In this document: positions 1 through 11,651 of the stretch, one piece after another
Layout: each line of letters opens with the position of its first letter
How positions within the stretch are numbered: position 1 is the first letter of the stretch
Assembly (NCBI GenBank): GCA_951406725.2
Contig: OX597815.1
Location: 187,984,001-188,048,000 of the forward strand
Source of the DNA: Octopus vulgaris
Lineage: Eukaryota
Direction: 5' to 3'
Length of the DNA stretch: 64,000 bases
Position numbers and translations under genes: made by a program
The notes under the pieces: generated by a model
Told to the model about the DNA's origin: nothing
The model's input: the letters and a program-made list of their open reading frames with translations, nothing else
Databases searched by the model: none

Positions 1-437
1 GACATACCACACTGTCCATTCCATAATCAGCATCTTAATTACATCAGCAGTTGTGACACTATTATTTTCCACCAGGGTCTTCTTTTGGAAGGACATCCAT
101 CATTGATCCTATCATGGGTTATAAGGATCTCATGTGATAACATGTATCGTGGGTTTTCTTGGCTTATTTAAATCTATGTGTTGTTGTACAACCTGAGATC
201 ATCAAGCAAATATGAATTCAAAAACTTTCAAACCACGATCATCTTATATTATTACCAGACATTGTATTTATGATAACATTATCCAATATGTATTTTTCTC
301 AGACAGTAAGGTGTGCTTCATGGAAATTTTAGCCGCTAGTTCTAGTAGGCTGAGCCATCACATAAAAATTCCTTCTGAACCGAGGTGAAAATGAACATAA
401 ATACCCATTAGCAACTCAAAAAGAGTTTTGTAGGGAT

Positions 438-999
438 CAAAATCAAAATCGATGACTGGCATCTGTGCTAGCAGGGTGCAAAGAGCACCATACGAGCATA
501 ATCATTGACAGAGCGGCTAACTGGCTTCCGTGCCAGTGGCACTTAAAAGGCACCATTCAAGCGTGATCGTTACCAGCGTCACCTTACTAGCAACTTGTGC
601 CCGTGCTAGCAGGGTGCCAATAGCACCATCCGAGTGTGATCGTTGCCAGAACAGCCAACTGGCTTCCGTGCCAGTGGCACGTAAAAGGGCACCATTCGAG
701 CGTGATCGTTACCAACATTGCCTTACTGGCATCTGTGCTGATGGCATGTGTAAAAAGATTCGAGCGAGGTCGTTGCCAGTACCGCCTGACTGGCCCCTGT
801 GCTGGTGGCATGTAAAAAGCAACCACTACATTCTTGGAGTGGTTGGCGTTAGGAAGGGCATCCAGCTGTAGAAACTCTGCCAGATTAAGATTGGAGCCTG
901 GTGCAGTCATCTGGTTCGCCAGCCTTCAGTCAAAATCGTCCAACCCATGCTAGCATGGAAAGCGGACGTTAAACGATGATGATGACGATAATGATGATG
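438..999 (+). mobile_element. 5'-truncated RTE LINE 3' UTR fragment with (GAT)n tail, flanked by a 100-bp direct repeat
   Basis: Matches the 3' UTR of the LINE at 9057-10363 (GGAGTGGTTGGCGTTAGGAAGGGCATCCAGCTGTAGAAAC...GGACGTTAAACGATGATGAT). Flanks 338-437 and 1000-1099 differ at 3 positions. Confidence 0.85.
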
Positions 1000-2329
1000 A
1001 GTTCTAGTAGGCTGAGCCAACACATAAAAGTTCCTTCTGAACCGAGGTGAAAATGAACATAAACACCCATTAGCAACTCAAAAAGAGTTTTGTAGGGATA
1101 TAGGTAAGTTTTACTTTCAAAAGTCTACTATAACTCCAATTTAGAACTATCTGCCAAACAAGATATTACAATTGCAGATTGAGTTTTCTTGTACTCATCT
1201 ATTTTGTTCTTTAGTTATACTTAGCTCTCTTCAGTTCAGCAGGTTTTATTACTTACTACATGAAAAACCAATAGTTGGACACGTACATATTACTAATCCG
1301 TAATAGCTCAAAGCTCTCCCTTCGTCATTTTTTTCTTTTTGTATCTCTTTTTTCCTTCATGTTGATTATATATCTTTGGAATTTATCTGATTTACGTTCC
1401 TTCTCATTTGGTATTTTCCTCTGCTAGTTCTTTGTCTACATTACATTTTTTCTTCTTGTTCTTCTCCCCCCCCCCCCCACCTCATCACATAAATCTATAA
1501 CACCAATATCTGTGGCCAATAAAGTGTTCATAAACCCATCCACAGGCAATTTGTTTTCTCTTGAAAATAATCATTTTCATTACAACCGTAATCCTTCCTC
1601 CAACATTTCTGTTCACCGCTTCTTGCTGATTTAAAACTTACCATCTTATTAAAGTTTTAACAGATCTAAAGTCAGTAATGTTCCTCTCACCGCCTCACCA
1701 CTTACCACGTCACAAAACATTTACCAGTTGCATTCAGTTTAACATGCAGCAAAATAGTTTATTACATCTTGCCGAAATTGCATTATGTAATGGCATCTTT
1801 TTTTGCTGCAGTAGAGATGTTACTACATATTTAGCCTTTATTTATTCATTCATTCATAAAATTGTATAAGAGTGTCATCGGTTGTTTCTTTCAATGTTTA
1901 CATTCTTTGCCATAAAAACAGCAGCAGTTGCACTTTCATTCAGAAGAACTTGCAGTCAATTTCTCAAGGCAATTTTTGTTCCAATGACTATTTCATTTCT
2001 ATATATGTAAAGTAATTGAGCCCATGTATTAGGCTTTGTAAAGACAAATTAATGTGTGTGTGTGTGAGTAAGAGTGAAGTTATTTATATTATGCAAAGCA
2101 AAATTTCATTTTGAGATCATTAGCTTATCATAAAGTATCCATTGTGAACAGAACCTATAACAGGATTTTTTTTTTTACTCTCAGCTTTTTCTTCCCAATT
2201 CTATTTGCAACTATTTGAGCAATTTTGAAAATGCATGCCACAAGTTTACATAATATGTCTACAAATAGGTTTAATTCTTAAATAATTCTCTCCAATATAC
2301 AGAGAGTAGACATTATTTCAGAAACAGTA

Positions 2330-2530
2330 CTATCATCATCATCACCACCATCACCACCTTAATCATCATCATCATCACCACCACCACCTTAATCACCATC
2401 ATCATCACCACCACCACCATCATCACTATCACCATAATCATCACCATCACCACCACCATCATCACCTCAATCATCATCATCACCATCTTAATCATCATCA
2501 TCATCACCATCACCATCATTATTATTATTA
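2330..2530. repeat. (CAT/CAC)n compound microsatellite
   Basis: Direct reading; explains the poly-M/V ORF 2313..2519. Confidence 0.95.
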
Positions 2531-3151
2531 ATTTTCTAGGATTATTCTAAAGGAAGAAACTGTGCCCATGTCTTGCAACATGCCTATAACAGACAATGAG
2601 ATTAATGTAGTTAATATTCTCCAACTTTTGCAAGTTGACAACTAACTGTAGGGAAAAGCATAAACAAAGAATGAATTCTTGCGGAGAAATGTTTTTGGTG
2701 AAGATCTGGGAATAGGGTTCTGAGAGAAAAGAGAAGACACAATATATGTAATAAGAGGAAGAAATATATGAATTTGGTGTGCTACAGTTCTAACAACACA
2801 AGACCAATTTACATGTGTATAGATATCAGCAGAATGAAGAATGGGAGTAAGAACTTGTGACTCATCTCATCTAAACTTTGTATGTGTTTTTGCTGTGTCC
2901 CTTAGCTGAATATATTATTCCGTGATCCTCAATTTACCTAGATATGAAAAATAGGTGTCACATTTTGGGGAAATGCTGTCTGCAATAATCTAGCATTCCG
3001 TCTGGAAATTTGTCATTCATTGTCTATTTGCATCATATTTCCATATCAGTGCACTTGTTTCTCCTTTAGAGATCATCTGGAAATTCTCTGCTGATTTACT
3101 TGTCTGTTTTTTTTCTTTCCAACACATGCAGTGTATTATATTCAACTGCAT

Positions 3152-3195
<44 letters not shown>

Positions 3196-3467
3196 GTTAT
3201 TCTACCAATTATATACGTTTTTATTATTATTTTTGCAATTTACTTAATCATTGGTATTTTATTGTTATTTTAATTTTAATATTTCTATTATATGTAATTT
3301 TCTAGATGGTATAATTTAATTGTTTATTTTGAATTGATAAAAGGTGGGTTTTTTTTTCTAATTTTATATATATATATATATATATATTATATTGTGTGAA
3401 ATTTGATTTAGTATTTCTAAATTGAATTTTTTCCCTGTAAGTTAGGATTAATATTCCCTCAAATAAT

Positions 3468-3501
<34 letters not shown>

Positions 3502-3968
3502 TTCTCTCTCTCTAAGTTCACTATATTTAACACCCATGTCTCATATTCAATCATACTTCTGACACACGTTTTAATACAATCTGCATTTGGCATGAATAAA
3601 GACATTTTTGCACCAACAGAAATAACAGCCCTTTCAACTTCTTTCAGATCCTTTCTTATTCTAACTATTATACTTTGACTACAACCACCTTTTATGTCAT
3701 CAAAGTAATAGAACCTAGCTTAGACTTCTTATAATCTGTCTGAACAGCTCTCATTCTTAATTTCTTGGGTTTTCCCTAGTCAATTCCTGTGTTATTATAA
3801 TAATCTGCTAAAGATCTCACAGCAGCTTTTATACATACATTTAGTATACAAGATCAAGTTTGTTTTTACAAGTAAGGCCTCTTCTCAAGTAACGAATGTC
3901 ATAGTCTCTGATGCTAATTAATACTTTAGCTTGTACAGTCTTGATCTTTAGGTTTTGTGATGCAAGAC

Positions 3969-4555
3969 CAATGCTTCTTGACCAGGGTTCACATGAGCCT
4001 TGGGGTACCATATAAGGTTTTGTTGCTTAAATTTATGTGCAATAAATTAGTTGTATTTATACAATACATAAAACATTTTTTTTTACTGTGGCCATGCTGG
4101 AGCACCACCTTTAGTTGAGCAAATCGACCCCAGGACTTATTCTATCGGTCTCTTTTGCTGAACTGCTAAGTTACGGGGACGTAAACACACCAGCATCGGT
4201 TGTCAAGCAATGTTGTGGGGGACAAACACATACACACAAACATATATACGATGGGCTTCTTTCAGTTTCTGTCTACCAAATCCACTCACAAGGCTTTGGT
4301 CGGCCTGAGGCAATAGTAGAAGACACTTGCCCAAGGTGCCACGCAGTGGGACTGAACCCGGAACCATGTGGTTCAGAAGCAAGCTACTTACCACACAGCC
4401 ACTCCTACGTCTAACATATTTTATATAATTCCTCATAATATTTGATTAAAAAAATATAATTGGATCTTTTTCAAACATTGAATGGCTAGGAATGTCTTGC
4501 AGAGTAAAACAAGAATCAAAAGGTTCTGTAGGTGAAAAATGGTTGAGAACCACTG
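3969..4555. mobile_element. hAT (Charlie-like) MITE interrupted by a SINE
   Basis: Degenerate left end CAATGCTTCTTGACC and right end GGTTGAGAACCACTG; similar to 28036-28709. Confidence 0.55.
4081..4410 (-). mobile_element. tRNA-derived SINE family A
   Basis: Reverse complement of the family A sequence seen intact at 58649-59062. Confidence 0.9.
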
Positions 4556-4892
4556 AACTAGACTGTTCTTCTGGTTTTGCATCTACTGGTGTTCTTCAAC
4601 AGATTCAACCATTAGAATCAAGTCATCAACACAATAAATCAGTGAGGTAGGTGGGTGGTGGTGGTGGTGGTTGTGATGGGTAGCAGAATGCCATGAAAGT
4701 GATGTTATCCTGTGTTAGCAAATGTTACATAGTAAAGTTCATGAGTTGAGATAAGTTTGTATATTGACAGCTGGTGATGGGTGAAGAGGAATTTGACATT
4801 GAATAATAAATTTTTGTCTAACAAAGGGTTCATCCTGAAATGTCAGATTCTTCATTCACCCATGTAATCCAAACTTTTGAGCATCAACGTAT

Positions 4893-5297
4893 GGTGGAGG
4901 CACAATGGCCCAGTGGTTAGGGCAGCGGACTTGCGGTCGGTGGATCGTGGTTTCGATTCTCAGATCAGGCATTGTGTGTGTTTATTGAGCGAAAACATCT
5001 AAAGCTCCACGAGGTTCCGGCAGGGGGGGGGGTGGGGGTGGCGACCCCTGTTGTACTCTTTCACTCCAACTTTCTCTCACTCTTTCTTCCTGCTTCTTGT
5101 CCCCGACTTCGTATGCAACCGCTGAGCCTGGATGCGCATTCATCCATCTGTCGATGCTCTCGGTGTCGGGGGTTGACCTGCTTTCTCTTCTGTGGGCCTT
5201 ATGAATAGCAAAGGACCACATTTCAGACTTCTCCCACTACAGACAATCCTGAGGCGCGATCTTGCGAGCTCTGGGACGAAGACTGCTTCGCTCAACA
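4893..5297 (+). mobile_element. tRNA-derived SINE family C (tail type 1)
   Basis: A box TGGCCCAGTGG, B box GTTTCGATTC; TSD AGCATCAACRTAT at 4880-4892 and 5298-5310. Confidence 0.85.
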
Positions 5298-6869
5298 AGC
5301 ATCAACATATAAATGATAACAAGGTCATACAGTCTTTGATTAGTAACTTAAGCACCATAATGAGTAGTAAAACAGTAAAAAATGCCAAATTTCACCTTAA
5401 ATTATTTATTGAATCCTACAGTATCTTAATACATGGTTTTTAAAATGCTCTCATAAATATTTTATCTTCATTTGGGCCAATGGATTATTAGTGCCTTTCA
5501 TTGGCTCTTCAAAGCTATTCACCAAGGTGTTGATGTATAGCAATATCTAGTGTAATCAGAAATTGATTATTTCAAGGTAAAATTAGAAGGTATTTGATAG
5601 TGCTGAAATTAATTTATGCATTGTTACATTAAAGTCTATCGTTGAGATTATATTACTAGGAAATTACATTATGCAAGATTTTATTAGAGATAATTAGGTT
5701 ATGTGTAATTATAGAATGCTGTTAAAAGACACTTCTACTACGAAAAGAACATTTTTCATATTAACATAAATGTTTACTCTCAGAAAACATATGATAACAG
5801 AAGTATGTTCTTGTCAAGCACCTAGCAGGAATAAGTATAAATAGGTGGGAGATAGGAGGTAGATGCTGCATGTATCATGTGATCTCACGTGAACCAATAT
5901 TTTTACAGTTAATTATCTACAGCTCTTCCATTGCTCCAGGGCAAATCATATTTGTATTATTTCTCTCAGTTGATTTCGTAATTATCATCATTTCACCTTA
6001 CTGAATGAAAAGAAAATGAAACAAAACAAAAATTTTCCCTTTCGTATCTTCAAATAAATATCTGATATATTTGAAATAAAAAAATTATCAATATCTTCGG
6101 CATATACTCTTAGGTTGTTGAAAGAATTTGTCAGCCATTAGAGTTATGAATATTTTTATGAAAATGCTAAAATATTTTAAGTATTTAATTTAGGTATTCT
6201 GTATGATTTCCATGGAGAAAATTATATTTTACAATATTTTCAGTTTATGCAAATTTTCTTCTTTTTCCAAGAGAGAAAACAACATCATGATGTTTATTGA
6301 TTATGTTTTCTAGGTTAGAAAGTGATGAGATTTACAGATTTGCTTTCACTCTCTATACTTGGTATTTTGTTTCAATTATTTTTCAATTTATAATCTACTC
6401 TGTGTATTTGTTAACATTTTCCATATGAAAGGTTTTGTAATTCAAAACAGTTGTTTCATCAAACAAATCTAATTCCTTCTAAAATGCAATTTAAATTGGC
6501 CATTTTTTACAATTATTTTTCTTTTCTCTCCATGATTTAAAAGATTACAATGTAAGATTAAAAATGATTTCTGTGAAGAACATACAAGAATATAAATTGA
6601 ATTAGAAATGCAGCTAATTCTGGTAGTCATTTGCATTAGCTTTCAGTAACAAAGAAATTAATACTTGACAAGCAAGCTCAGCAGCAAGTCAGTGTGTTCT
6701 TTTTGTTTCTCTCTGTATTCTGAGAAATGCGTTCATATGTATGAATGCAGTCATTTGAATGCACATTAGGGGCAGATTCCTTAATTTTTTATTAAGATTA
6801 GTGTAATATGTGTTTATGTCTGATATTATATGGACTATAACAGGAGCCTACAAACTTTTTCAACCATTG

Positions 6870-7285
6870 ACCCCCTTTAGTCACTTTTCCTTCCACATCG
6901 CCCCCCCCCCAGCCACTTCTCCTTCCCTATCGTCCCCACCCTTTAGCCACTTCTCCTTCCCTATCGTCCCCACCCTTTAGCCACTTCTCCTTCCCTATCG
7001 TCCCCACCCTTTAGCCACTTCTCCTTCCGCATCAACCCCCTTTAGCCACTTCTTCCACATCAACTCCCTTTAGCCACTTCTCCTTCCACATAGACCCCCT
7101 GTAGCCACTTCTTCCACATCAACCCCCTTTAGCTACTTCCCCGTTCCACATAGACCCCCCCCCTTTAGCCACTTCTTCCACATCGCCCCCCCTTTAGCCA
7201 CTTCTCCATCCACATCAACTCCCTTTAGCCACTTCTCCTTCCCATCGCCACCCCCTTTAGCCACTTCTCCTTCCACATCAACCAC
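6870..7285. repeat. C-rich minisatellite, about 30-34 bp unit (TTTAGCCACTTCTCCTTCC...)
   Basis: About a dozen units; three near-perfect 34-bp units start at 6911. Confidence 0.9.
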
Positions 7286-7843
7286 CCTCCTCATTTAAAA
7301 TATCTTAATACCCTACCTTACCGTACCAGGTACTGATGCATAAATGCATACCAGGTACTGATGCTGGCAATTAAAATGTTAGCTAAAATATAAATGTACG
7401 ACAAATTAAGAAATTCTATTGAAGATGACACATTTTTTACATTTAAAACTACATGTATGAGTATACAGTATTAAATTTTCAATTTTTATGAAATTGTCTT
7501 CGTGGTTAGAAAATGTGAAAAATGCATCTTTTATTAAACTTGACAACATCAATGAGAGATGAGCATGGTGCTGACCAAGTATTTCAAGCAGTTCATCTAG
7601 ATAAGCTGGTCTTTCGCATGCCGACCCTCATTCGACCCCTTGGCTATCATCGACCCCATGTAATTCTTCGCCGCCCCCTGGACAAGAACATTGTAAAAAT
7701 GAGGCATAATTGAAAATTTGAAGAAATATGCTTTTTCTTTTTTTTTTTTAGGAAACAAGAGCTGGCTTCGAGAATTAATTATGCCTGGTACCACTGATGA
7801 CATAAATTCAAGTGTATATGAAGTCACAATGTGTGAGATTTAA

Positions 7844-8192
7844 CCCTTTCGTTACCAACCCAGCTGAAACCGGCTCTGGCTCTTTAGTATAAATGTCTTG
7901 TTTTCATAAGTTTTGAATTAAAATCTTCCACTAAAATCTTAGTTGCAATTTATGTTCATAACACCAGCTTAATGATAGCTAAGTTATTTTACTAAATTCT
8001 TTGTTATCATCATCATCATCATCATCGTTTAACATCCATTTTCCATGCTAGCATGGGTTGGACGGTTCAACTGGGATCTGGCCCAGTCTGATCTGGTAAT
8101 GTTTCTACAGCTGGATGCCCTTCCTAACGCTTATATTTAAAATAATTGGAAGAAACACAGAGCATCTCAAAATAAATACAATAACGAAAGGG
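7844..8192. mobile_element. piggyBac-type MITE with a nested RTE tail (about 8007-8130, minus strand)
   Basis: TTAA|CCCTTTCGTTA...TAACGAAAGGG|TTAA; uninterrupted paralog at 59510-59730. Confidence 0.85.
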
Positions 8193-8456
8193 TTAAACAT
8201 GAAATTCTTAGCAGCCTTTGAAAGAACAGTTACTAATATTCACATATCAATGGGCATCTTGCTTCCTACATGAACATCTGTATTCCAATACAAACTTCTA
8301 TATTTCTACATGCTGAAGATATATATTCCTACATGAATAATCTGTATTTTTATATGATGAGCATGCATTCCTACATCAATATGAGTATTCCAACAAAGTG
8401 AATATATATATATATGTGTGTGTGTACATTTATATATATATACATATATATATATA

Positions 8457-8586
8457 TATTAATAAAAGGGAATCCCAACCTTCTATTATTTTATTTTATT
8501 TTATTATATTATATTATCTTATATCATTATAAGATTGTAAATAAAACGTGAAAATTAGACAAGGTTGGAATTCCCTTTTATTAATA
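8457..8586. repeat. Short inverted-repeat element next to a (TA)n tract
   Basis: 26-bp arms TATTAATAAAAGGGAATCCCAACCTT / AAGGTTGGAATTCCCTTTTATTAATA, 1 mismatch. Confidence 0.65.
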
Positions 8587-9017
8587 TATTCTTCTATACA
8601 CAATCACACACACCCGTATATATATATATATATTTCTTTCCTTTCCTGACCATCTGATAATACGGTACTTGTACCACGTCCTTGCGTTGTTGTTTTTTCT
8701 TGTTGTTCTTCTTTGTTTGGATTCACTATATACATACATATATATACACACATATACATACATGCATGCATATACATATACTTTTACTTGTTTTAATCAT
8801 TTGACTGCAGCCATGCCGGAGCACCAACTTTAGTCAAACAAACTGACCCCAGGACTTATTCTTTGTAAGCCTAGTAATTATTCAATCGGTATCTCTTGCC
8901 GAACCGCTAAGTTACGGGGACATAAACACACCAGCATTGGTTGTCAAGCAATGTTGTGGGGACAAACACAGACACACAAACATATACACACACATACATA
9001 CATATATAATATATATA

Positions 9018-9056
<39 letters not shown>

Positions 9057-9059
<3 letters not shown>

Positions 9060-10361
9060 TAGGAAGGTGGACCAATCACAAACGACTTCAGATAGATGGC
9101 CCTGCTCGATCTGTAAAAAAGGTGTAGGTAGAAACTCTATAAGGTGCACCAAGTGTAAGCTATGGACACACAAGAGGTGCAGCAATGTCAAAGGAAGGCT
9201 AACTAGGAAAATGCTTTTTGTCTGTGGCAGATGCTCAGGAGCAATAAACACTGGAAATGTGCAGAGACCAACTTCTACCACGTTCCAGGGAGACAAACTA
9301 GAAGTAGTTGATAGCTTCCGCTACCTAGGTGACCAAGTCAGTAGCGGGGGTGGGTGTGCTGAAAGTGTAACAGCTAGAGTAAGAATAGCCTGGGCAAAGT
9401 TTAGAGAGCTCTTACCCCTGCTGGTGACAAAAGGCCTCTCGCTCAGAGTAAAAGGCAGACTGTATGATACATGTGTACGTACAGCTATGCTACATAGTAG
9501 TGAAACATGGGCCGTGACTGCTGAGGATATGCGTAAGCTCGCAAAAAATGAAGCCAGTATGCTCCGATGGATGTGTAATGTCAGTGTTCATAATCGACAG
9601 AGTGTAAGTACCTCGAGAGAAAAGTTGAACCTAAGAAGCATCAGTTGTGGTGTGCAAGAGAGACGGCTGCGCTGGTATGGTCATGTGACGAGAATGGCTG
9701 AAGATAGTTGTGTGCAAAAGTGCTACACCCTAGCAGTCGAGGGAACCTGTGGAAGAGGTAGACCCAGGAAAACCTGGGACGAGGTGGTGAAGCACGACCT
9801 TGGTACTTTAGGTCTCACCAAGGAAATGACTAGAGACCGAGACCTATGGAAGTATGCTGTGCGTGAGAAGACCCGGCAAGACTAGTGAGGCCATAACCCG
9901 TGGCCCCTACCTGGGACGTAGTCAGTCCACCTGTGCATACCTTCCTTCTTGTGACACTTGTGAAGACCTGTTGAGGCAAGTGAAAATCAAATCAAACCAA
10001 ATCAAAATAGATGAACATCAATGGAACTTGTATCTTTGTGCTACCAGTGCCGGTGGCACATAAGAAAACCATTCGAACGTGGCCGTAGCCAGTACCGCAT
10101 CGACTGGCCTCCGTGCTGTGGGCACGTAACAAACACCATCCGATCGTGGCCGTTCACCAGCCTCGTCTCGCACCTGTGTCGGTGGCACATAAAATCACCC
10201 ACTACACTCTCGGAGTGGTTGGCGTTAGGAAGGGCATCCAGCTGTAGAAACTCTGCCAGATCTGACTGGCCTGGTGCAGCCTTCGGGCTCCCCAGACCCC
10301 AGTTGAACCGTCCAACCCATGCTAGCATGGAAAGCGGACGTTAAACGATGATGATGATGAT

Positions 10362-10363
<2 letters not shown>
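9057..10363 (+). mobile_element. 5'-truncated RTE-clade non-LTR retrotransposon
   Basis: ORF2 C-terminus followed by a 3' UTR with repeated stem-loops and a (GAT)n tail. Confidence 0.92.
9067..9885 (+). pseudogene. RTE ORF2 C-terminal fragment (PHD-like C4HC3 finger, then RT thumb/C-terminal region)
   Basis: Motifs LEVVDSFRYLG, ARVRIAWAKF, RRLRWYGHV and GRGRPRKTW are typical of RTE ORF2; no 5' part or true start. Confidence 0.88.
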
Positions 10364-10395
<32 letters not shown>

Positions 10396-11220
10396 TATAT
10401 ACGACGGGCTTCTTTCAGTTTCCATCTACAAGTCCACTCACAAGGCTTTGGTCAGGTTGAGGCTATAGTAGAAGAAACTTGCCCAAGGTACCACACAGTG
10501 AGATTGAACCCAGAACCATGTGGTTCATAAGCAAGCTACTTACCACACAGCCACTCTTACGCCTATATTCATAAATAAACCACAGCCTTTTATTCAGAAA
10601 TCGAACATGAAAAAAGTGCATGTAATTTATCTATTAGTCGTTGCTCTGGGCTTGAAATTTGTAGGAGACACTAATTTGCTTGCAAACACACACACACAGA
10701 CACACACAAACACACACACTGTAGAATAGAATGATTGAGTACAGTAAACAGGTTGGTCTTGTCACTTCTCTGTCTCTATGAATATTGGTATTGTAATCAA
10801 ACGTATGTTAATGATATCTTGCAAGAAACCAAAACGACCTCTTCATTTGTGAAACATATATGCACCACATTTCTCCATTGGCTGGTTGCATATATATATA
10901 TATATGGTCTATCAATCAGGAGTAGTGATTTAAAAGCACCATTTAATTTGTTTGTTCTGGGCACACAATCATAGAGCCATATTGTTATGATATCTATGAT
11001 TCCAGGACTTTGCTTGTCTGTCCTGGTAATGATTGGAATTATTCCAGCTAAATAGTTTTCTTTTTTCTTTCATATATAATAAACACAATTGCCAGAGAAG
11101 CTGCAAACAACATTTATGAAAGCAGGCTACAACTTATGTGTGGGTCAAAGGTCGAAGCCAAAATATTATAAATATATTATATAAATATAAATGGAGTGTA
11201 GCTTAAGTACCCCTGTGACA

Positions 11221-11651
<431 letters not shown>

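Larger units (their letters stand above)
8781..10565 (-). mobile_element. SINE family A split by a LINE insertion (parts about 8781-9056 and 10364-10565)
   Basis: The two halves are colinear with the family A consensus on either side of the LINE; the break lies in the internal (TA)n. Confidence 0.85.

Noticed and set aside
455-830. Palindromic repeats with variable linkers resembling a CRISPR array
   Set aside because: Linkers are homologous to each other, units are degenerate, the array is part of a LINE 3' UTR present in many copies, there are no cas genes, and the context is eukaryotic.
530-910. ORFs with FLQLDALPNANHS or GVRKGIQL
   Set aside because: Translations of the non-coding RTE 3' UTR, downstream of the ORF2 stop.
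2640-2745. Strong-looking minus-strand splice acceptors (also at about 22560)
   Set aside because: No matching donor before in-frame stops; pyrimidine-rich pseudo-acceptors are common in such AT-rich DNA.
4115-4414. Recurrent ORFs with LLSVSVYQIHSQG...CPRCHAVGLNPEPCG
   Set aside because: Antisense translation of SINE family A; frames are broken inconsistently between copies.
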